64,000 bases of DNA, from NCBI GenBank assembly GCA_965277175.1, contig OZ255715.1, forward strand, positions 2,941,216-3,005,215, read 5' to 3'. Source of the DNA: Edaphobacter sp. GTDB taxonomy: Bacteria; Acidobacteriota; Terriglobia; Terriglobales; Acidobacteriaceae. The stretch's first letter is position 1. Each line of letters opens with the position of its first letter. A program made the position numbers and the translations under genes. Of the stretch, positions 58,105 through 64,000 are shown piece by piece. The notes beneath the pieces are model-generated. The model had not been told where the DNA came from. It saw nothing but the letters and a program-made list of their open reading frames with translations, and ran no database searches.

Positions 58105-58352
58105 TTCCTGCCGCCAATATCCCAATCAGCGCTGACGAGCCGAACTGGGAACCTTTGGAACGGGTTCTGCCGTTCCACCAGTGTTCGGACTTCATGTACA
58201 TGGGGCGTGCCGGCGAGATCGAACTCTACAAACACTACATGACGCGCCGCTATCTCAACATCGCCCGGGACTCCCAGACCTTTTATCGCTATTCGGAAGG
58301 AAAGTACGTCGAGGTGTCTCAGGCGGAAGCCCTCGATCATGTGTACCGCTGA
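58101..58352 (+). CDS. Hypothetical protein
   Basis: GTGA-coupled, 83 aa. Confidence 0.65.
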   Translation: MIPAANIPISADEPNWEPLERVLPFHQCSDFMYMGRAGEIELYKHYMTRRYLNIARDSQTFYRYSEGKYVEVSQAEALDHVYR

Positions 58353-58377
58353 CCTACAACTTGAAAGGAGTATCAAC

Positions 58378-58854
58378 GTGGCAAAAGGCGTCAATAAAGC
58401 ATTACTTCTCGGACATGTCGGAAAGGACCCCGAGATTCGATCGACGGCTGGCGGCACAATCGTCGCCAGCTTCTCTCTCGCAACCTCAGACCGGCAGAAG
58501 GACAGCCAGGGCAACTGGGCTGAAAAAGCGGAATGGCACAACCTCGTCGCATTCAATCGCACGGCAGAGATCGTTCGCGACTACGTGAAGAAAGGGACTC
58601 AAATCTTCGTCGAAGGCAAGATCCAGACTCGTTCATGGGATGACAAAGACTCGGGCCAGAAGAAGTACCGCACCGAGGTTCTTGTTAACGAACTGAGTCT
58701 GCTCGGCGGTCGCGGCGACTCCGGCGCTTCCAGCCATAGCAATGGCGGAGGCTACTCGCGGAGCAACGCGGGCGGCTATGGGCAGGCACGACCGGCCACC
58801 AGCGATGAGTATTACGCCGACCAAGGAATTACGGACGACGACATTCCTTTCTAA
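58378..58854 (+). CDS. ssb: Single-stranded DNA-binding protein
   Basis: VNKALLLGHVGKDPE, EWHNLV, VEGKIQTRSW, acidic DDDIPF tail. Confidence 0.96.
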   Translation: MAKGVNKALLLGHVGKDPEIRSTAGGTIVASFSLATSDRQKDSQGNWAEKAEWHNLVAFNRTAEIVRDYVKKGTQIFVEGKIQTRSWDDKDSGQKKYRTEVLVNELSLLGGRGDSGASSHSNGGGYSRSNAGGYGQARPATSDEYYADQGITDDDIPF

Positions 58855-58875
58855 CGGGTCGGAAGACGGACTCAC

Positions 58876-58904
58876 AGGCGCTCTTCGGAGCGCCTATTTC
58901 TTTT
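58876..58904 (+). terminator. Hairpin/terminator after ssb
   Basis: AGGCGCTC-TTCG-GAGCGCCT followed by ATTTCTTTT. Confidence 0.7.
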
Positions 58905-58916
58905 GAGGAGAAAGCT

Positions 58917-59813
58917 ATGGCAACCGAAGCAGGAACAACAAACCCGGAGCTGAACGCTCTGTTTGACAAGCTAACAGAGCCGTTTGATCCCTCTGAGATC
59001 AAGTGGCGTGTCACACACACAACCCGAGATGGGAGTCGCGGAGCCGTGATTGCGTTCGCGGACCCACGCGCCTACAGCGATCGGCTCAACCAGATCTTCA
59101 CTCCAAGCGGTTGGACCCGCACCTATGAGGTCCACACGCTCTCGTCGGTCACCCGGATGAAGAAGGACAAACTCATCCAGACGGGTAAGGTTCTTGTGAC
59201 CTGCACCGTGGCCATCGCCGGACTCGGGACTCACGCCGATAACGGAGAAGAGTGGGCTGATGAAGAGAACGCCATGACAAGCGCGCAGGCACAGGCATTC
59301 AAGCGCGCCTGTACGTGCTTCGGCCTTGGGCGTTACCTCTACAACTTCGCTGAGATGTGGGTGCCCCTCAACCAACATCGGCAACCTCTCCACTTTCCAA
59401 CGCTTCCCCAGTGGGCGCTCCCAAAGTCAGGTTCGATAGATGGAAAGTCCGGGGCGCGACCTCTCGCTGTTCAGCGGGGTCCAGTCGATCAGAAGACGAC
59501 TGCGAAGATCGAAGGTTTCCGACGCATTCTCGGAGATCCGATTTACGGCGAGATTTTGTGGCGAGTGTCGCGGGCGCGGCGCGCGAATGCAATTCCCAAT
59601 GCACAACTCCAGTCGGATGTCTCTGACGCCATGGAACGTGCAGCGCGTGGTATTCGCAAAGCGCACTCTCTCTCCGAGGAGATCGGCGACACGCAATTTG
59701 TGTCGGTGCTGGACCAGTTGCAGATTCGGTCTATGACGACCATCCGCAATCTCGAAACGCTCAAGCGACTGGTGACGGCGCTTGAGGACTTTGCGGCACG
59801 CGCCGCAGCGTAA
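58917..59813 (+). CDS. Rad52/Rad22-family single-strand annealing protein
   Basis: PFDPSEIKWR, RLNQIF..GW, AQAFKRAC..FGLGRYLY. Confidence 0.88.
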   Translation: MATEAGTTNPELNALFDKLTEPFDPSEIKWRVTHTTRDGSRGAVIAFADPRAYSDRLNQIFTPSGWTRTYEVHTLSSVTRMKKDKLIQTGKVLVTCTVAIAGLGTHADNGEEWADEENAMTSAQAQAFKRACTCFGLGRYLYNFAEMWVPLNQHRQPLHFPTLPQWALPKSGSIDGKSGARPLAVQRGPVDQKTTAKIEGFRRILGDPIYGEILWRVSRARRANAIPNAQLQSDVSDAMERAARGIRKAHSLSEEIGDTQFVSVLDQLQIRSMTTIRNLETLKRLVTALEDFAARAAA

Positions 59814-59865
59814 CCACAGCAGAGAGGGTGGCAAGGATGCCGCCCTCCGAGTTTGGGAGGTTGTT

Positions 59866-60093
59866 ATGTGCAACGTGCAGATGATTCGGAAAGAATCGGG
59901 TCTGGTCTCGATCCCACTCGACCGGGCGGTCTTCTGTGAGAACTGTAAGAAGGTCTCTAACTCTGCTTGGGGTCGATGCGGTTCGTGCGGGTCCGGCAAG
60001 CTTCTCGAACTCGCTCCTTTACTGGGCGGACCGTATGAACCGGGACCCGGATCTCCGGCCGCCCCATGCGTATTGTTGCGGCTTGCCGCGTGA
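59866..60093 (+). CDS. Small zinc-finger protein
   Basis: CENC...CGSC; RBS GGAGG. Confidence 0.6.
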   Translation: MCNVQMIRKESGLVSIPLDRAVFCENCKKVSNSAWGRCGSCGSGKLLELAPLLGGPYEPGPGSPAAPCVLLRLAA

Positions 60094-60098
60094 GTTCA

Positions 60099-60824
60099 TC
60101 AATCTCTCTCTGATGATGGGCTAACGGGCACTTGGTGAAACTCGGCCAACATTCCGTCCGCGATTGCGCGAATGTGCAATGCCGCGCAGTCAACATTCGG
60201 AAAGGCTGTGTTGGTCTCATTGAAGAGCAACGCGAGGTCAGTTCCGGCGAGAATGACGGCATCCAACCCCTCGCGTTTGCAGAGCGTGAGGGCAAGGTCC
60301 GTCAGACCCTTGTGTTGCTCTCCCGAGCTCTTGCCTTGTTGGGCGAGTTGCACGTAGGTGCTATGGATGTAGTCCACCTCATCCGGTCGGGGGTGGATGA
60401 TGTCTACACTGTCCGTCCGACCAAAGAGTGCCGATTCGATGGCGAAGCGAGTCCCGAACACCGCAGCTCTGCGTATTCCACGCGCTGCAAGTTCCTGGTT
60501 GAGCGGATCAAAGATGTCAAAGACCGGCAATGGAGAGATCGCGGCGAGCTCTCGCATGCAGTAATGCGGCGTGATTGCGGGAATGGCGGCAAGCTCGGCG
60601 CCGGCAGCTTCGAGCCGACGAATGAAGCCGTTCAGATAAGCGGCCAATCCAGCCCGATCCTCGGCCTGCACAAATTCGAAGACACGAGGGGTCTCCGCGT
60701 GCGCAATGACGATGTCGAGTCGGTGGCCTCTCGCTTCGTGCGCCTTCACTAGCTTCTCGTAGTAGTGAACGGTCGCTCCAACCCCGAGCCCGCCGATTAG
60801 ACCTAAACACCTTCCGCTTTCCAT
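60099..60824 (-). CDS. Aspartate/glutamate racemase-family protein lacking both catalytic Cys
   Basis: LGLIGGLG..AT..YY start; IPAITPH and LAGTDL at the usual CNT and GCTE positions. Confidence 0.8.
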   Translation of the reverse strand: MESGRCLGLIGGLGVGATVHYYEKLVKAHEARGHRLDIVIAHAETPRVFEFVQAEDRAGLAAYLNGFIRRLEAAGAELAAIPAITPHYCMRELAAISPLPVFDIFDPLNQELAARGIRRAAVFGTRFAIESALFGRTDSVDIIHPRPDEVDYIHSTYVQLAQQGKSSGEQHKGLTDLALTLCKREGLDAVILAGTDLALLFNETNTAFPNVDCAALHIRAIADGMLAEFHQVPVSPSSERD

Positions 60825-60956
60825 GCATCAAGTTTACGGTCTGCATGCCTCGACCTTTGGCCGGATCGGCTCTCGGTTCGCTTCCATCTTGCGGCGCCAC
60901 AGACGCGCGGCGACGCACTGGCTCGACAACAACATTGCGCACGGAGGCGCGATCCA

Positions 60957-61601
60957 ATGACCCCTGACGAGAAGTATCCGGCACTCATGGCGTATATCAG
61001 CGATCGCAGTAGCGGCGAGGAGAAGACTGCATGGAACATGCTCCGCGCCGATGAAGCTGCTGCGGTTGAAGGCAGCCATGTGGAGGTCGCCCAGGATCTC
61101 GAAAACGCTCAAGCGGACTATGCAACTGCTCAGATAGCGAAGGGCAGAAGCGGTTATCCGTACAACAGTGAGATGGGCATCTTTCTAGGATTGCCCCTTC
61201 GGAGCAATCACGAGCCGCCGCGTGGCTACTACTTTGCCAATCAGGTGATGAGACACTTCCGGTTAGGGGCAGCCAAGCGGGAAGTAGAGTTCCTTCTGGC
61301 GAACGGAGCACATCTGAAGATCGTCGCAGCCCGCGATAAAGCGACGGGCAGGCCCATCCGGTTTACGACTTTCAAGCCCCATCAGATTCAAATCGAGGGG
61401 AATGCGATTGTCTGCCGGAACGACAAGAGGAGTATCCGGCTCTCCTCGAACTGGTCGATAGAAACGGCCCTACAGAAGGTAGCCGAGGCCTTGCGGGCGG
61501 GCAAGCACTATGGCTATGACCCTGGACGGGATGACGCGGCGACTCTTACCTCTCCTGCGCCGGCTTCGCCTAGTCCACAGAGGCCCAGTCTCTTTGCATA
61601 G
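60957..61601 (+). CDS. Hypothetical protein
   Basis: RBS GGAGG; 214 aa. Confidence 0.65.
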   Translation: MTPDEKYPALMAYISDRSSGEEKTAWNMLRADEAAAVEGSHVEVAQDLENAQADYATAQIAKGRSGYPYNSEMGIFLGLPLRSNHEPPRGYYFANQVMRHFRLGAAKREVEFLLANGAHLKIVAARDKATGRPIRFTTFKPHQIQIEGNAIVCRNDKRSIRLSSNWSIETALQKVAEALRAGKHYGYDPGRDDAATLTSPAPASPSPQRPSLFA

Positions 61602-61650
61602 ACTTTTGCTCGAAATCACATCACCAAATCCAACAGTCTGAGGTGAACCG

Positions 61651-62724
61651 ATGCGCAATGTCGCACGCCTCAAAATGGGTTACTACCCATTGCCTGAGAG
61701 CGAAGGGGTAAAACTCCGTGCTCTCCTGTCATTCCCTCAACCAGCCTCGGTCATCGATCCCTGTGTCGGGCAAGGAACTGCGTTGCATCTTGTCACAGGC
61801 GATGCGGAGGTTCGGCGTTACGGTGTGGAGCTTGACGCCGAACGCGCGCGGATCGCCACTTCAAGGGGTATCGAGACGATTCAAGGCAATGCCTTTGATG
61901 CGATCGCGAGAACCGAGTCCTTCTCGCTGCTGTACCTGAATCCACCCTACGACTCGGAGATCGGGTCGGTTGCCAATAACCGCATGGAACGGCTCTTCCT
62001 CGACCACACCTACCGATGGCTAGTGCCCGAGGGCGTCCTGGTGCTGATCATTCCATTCGAGCGTCTCTATGACTGCGTTGGCGTCTTGGGCTCGCATTTT
62101 GGCAGATTGAGCGTCCTGCGGATGACCGATGAAGAGTCGGTACGATTTCGACAGATAGCGGTCCTGGGGGTGCGCCGAAACATTCGAGGCACAGCTCTCG
62201 AAGACAATAAGCGGTTCCTGCAAAGCATTAGCCCGTATGGCAGCTTCCACGCACTGCCCGAGTTGACTCCGAGTTCCTGCGCTCCCTATCCCGTTCCGCC
62301 TTCCGGCGAGGCCACGCTCAGCTACCGTGGTCTGCCATACGATCTGCTGGAGGACTTACTACCCAACTCCGGAGCCTGGAGGCAGACCATTCCTTTCCTC
62401 ATGCCCCACGAGGATGTTGCCACCGGCCGGCCTATCACTCCGTTGCACGGAGGCCATGTCGGACTGTTATGCACTGCCGGTCTGTTGAATGGGGTGTTCG
62501 GCGACGGCGACGAACGGCATATCGCCCGGTGGCGATCGGTCAAACACGTCACGACCTTCGTCGAAGAGGACGGCGATACACAGATTGTTCATCACCGGGA
62601 ACGGTGGACCAATGAACTGAGATTGGTCTATGCCGACGGAAGAACCCTGAAGCTGACGGAGACGCCAGCGAAACCAGAAGGAGAGGCCGATGCAGAACGC
62701 ACATCTGAGGCTCGGGCTGCTTGA
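61651..62724 (+). CDS. SAM-dependent DNA methyltransferase (DUF6094-like)
   Basis: YYPLP, DPCVGQG (motif I), GVELD, NPPY (N6-A/N4-C motif IV). Confidence 0.85.
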   Translation: MRNVARLKMGYYPLPESEGVKLRALLSFPQPASVIDPCVGQGTALHLVTGDAEVRRYGVELDAERARIATSRGIETIQGNAFDAIARTESFSLLYLNPPYDSEIGSVANNRMERLFLDHTYRWLVPEGVLVLIIPFERLYDCVGVLGSHFGRLSVLRMTDEESVRFRQIAVLGVRRNIRGTALEDNKRFLQSISPYGSFHALPELTPSSCAPYPVPPSGEATLSYRGLPYDLLEDLLPNSGAWRQTIPFLMPHEDVATGRPITPLHGGHVGLLCTAGLLNGVFGDGDERHIARWRSVKHVTTFVEEDGDTQIVHHRERWTNELRLVYADGRTLKLTETPAKPEGEADAERTSEARAA

Positions 62725-63370
62725 ATATCAGCGGGCCACGGAGAAGATTTCGACCCGCATCCGGGTTCGGGGCGATCGTTACGTCGGAGAAGATCGCAAG
62801 GCGCATCTGTTGAGCGTCTTCGGCAACGATTCGGACATTGGAGCGATCACGGCGGCGGTGCATGAGAAGGCGACGTTCACGTTGACCTTTCCCGACGGAA
62901 CCAACAAGGAGGTCACCCTTGGAGAGAACCCCTCCTGCTACAAGGGGTCGATCAACCTCGCGGACCGGAAGCATCCCGTGCGGCACCTGGTTGCGGCCTC
63001 ACAAGAGTTTCACGCCAACGGAGGTGTTGGCCGCACAATCCTACTGCGCTACCAAAGGGAGGAAGCTTGGGCCATCCTCGTTAGCTTTCTCGGCCTACCA
63101 GGCGAGCCGACATGGGGGGAACATGTCCTTGATGTCATTGAGACGGAGGAACGCATCAAGGACCTCGATGGCATCGGCTGTCGGCCCGTGCTCATCTCCG
63201 CTACCACCGAGGAGTTGCTTGACTGGATTGGGGAGGGGTTGCGCTCCCGAACGCTCAATTTTCCCGAGAGGAATGGCCCTATCGCATGGCCTCGATTCTC
63301 GCTCGGTGAGGTATTGCGGGCACGACCGGAGTACGAAACGCACGAATCAATCGAGAACCTGACCTCCTAG
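62690..63370 (+). CDS. Hypothetical protein
   Basis: Overlaps the MTase stop; RBS GGAGAG. Confidence 0.65.
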   Translation: MQNAHLRLGLLEYQRATEKISTRIRVRGDRYVGEDRKAHLLSVFGNDSDIGAITAAVHEKATFTLTFPDGTNKEVTLGENPSCYKGSINLADRKHPVRHLVAASQEFHANGGVGRTILLRYQREEAWAILVSFLGLPGEPTWGEHVLDVIETEERIKDLDGIGCRPVLISATTEELLDWIGEGLRSRTLNFPERNGPIAWPRFSLGEVLRARPEYETHESIENLTS

Positions 63371-63394
63371 ATCCCGACCATACAGTTTGTTTCG

Positions 63395-63421
63395 AAGGGC
63401 GCTCACCAGAGCGCCCTTTTT
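63395..63421 (+). terminator. Intrinsic terminator
   Basis: AAGGGCGCTC-ACCA-GAGCGCCCTT followed by a T-run. Confidence 0.75.
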
Positions 63422-63475
63422 GCCTTTGAGACCGTTCCATCATCCCCATCAATCCAGATTCCACGAGGTATCTCT

Positions 63476-64000
63476 ATGGAGACCACCTTCGACTACCTCA
63501 GGGCACATGCCTCAGAGTTGGGCGCGCGCATCCTTGAAACCTATCCACCGCTCCAGAGCACGAAAGACCCCATCACCCCCGAGGTGGCGACGCTACTCCG
63601 TAAGGCGCTGCCGGCCCAAGGCCTGGCCATCACCGGAACAGCCAAGTATCTGCGCCATGCGAGGGCGGCACGCATCGTTGCTGAGTGCGGCGCAGGCAAA
63701 ACCTTTATGGCCCTGGGGACGATTCATGCTCTGACAGCAGGGCGGCCGAGCACATCGCTCGTCATGTGCCCATCGCACATCACTCACAAGTGGGCACGCG
63801 AGGTGTTGCTGACCATTCCACGCGCCCGCGCCTTCCTGATCGAAGACATGCGCAATGGCGGCGATCCCAAGAAGCAGCACGGCATCTGCGAGGTGAAGCT
63901 GAGTAAAGGCAAGACCGTGTATGAGGGCAAGCAGCTGAGGCTTGCGGAGATGCGGCGCATGGGCCGCCGCGAGTGGCGCAAGCGTTTCCCCGGGCCGGTG
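63476..64000 (+). CDS. SF2 (SNF2-like) helicase, 5' part (runs off the window)
   Basis: Manual translation: IVAECGAGKT Walker A and LVMCPSHITHKWAREV motif Ia; absent from the ORF track because there is no stop. Confidence 0.8.
   Translation, partial: METTFDYLRAHASELGARILETYPPLQSTKDPITPEVATLLRKALPAQGLAITGTAKYLRHARAARIVAECGAGKTFMALGTIHALTAGRPSTSLVMCPSHITHKWAREVLLTIPRARAFLIEDMRNGGDPKKQHGICEVKLSKGKTVYEGKQLRLAEMRRMGRREWRKRFPGPV

Larger units (their letters stand above)
29739..64000. mobile_element. ICE-2: integrative conjugative element (right end outside the window)
   Basis: att core, int/xis, T4SS genes, VirB4, T4CP, MOBC relaxase, ssb/primase/MTase module. Confidence 0.88.

Overview
Three host genes (an ECF sigma factor, a zf-HC2 anti-sigma and a DUF3106-like protein; the gene style suggests Acidobacteriota, which is inference only) are followed by tRNA-Val(CAC), and the rest of the window is a tandem array of two integrative conjugative elements. 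ICE-1 (2106-29753) is bounded by an exact 15-bp direct repeat of the tRNA anticodon stem-loop, with arm-type repeats and an IHF consensus. It carries int/xis, a LysR regulator, about 17 kb of regulator-plus-oxidoreductase cassettes and a decayed MOBF/T4SS module: the relaxase is cut at helicase motif VI, VirB4 is truncated and oriT is probably deleted. ICE-2 (29739 to beyond 64000) starts at the same att core with a paralogous int/xis pair but different arm repeats. It encodes an unusual T4SS (MoxR ATPase, concatenated pilin-like repeats, duplicated VirB5- and VirB9-like genes), a coupling protein, a MOBC relaxase, a candidate oriT and a leading-region-like module (PAPS-reductase family, AEP primase, SSB, Rad52-like, MTase, helicase). 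The main finding is an 860-aa ORF (45931-48513) inside the transfer cluster that carries, in order, the motifs of two-barrel RdRP/YonO-like single-subunit RNA polymerases, with a GGDFDFD catalytic loop. A conserved TTTGACYGARTTT motif sits at the heads of four ICE-2 operons. All family assignments come from reading motifs by eye; no database search was run.
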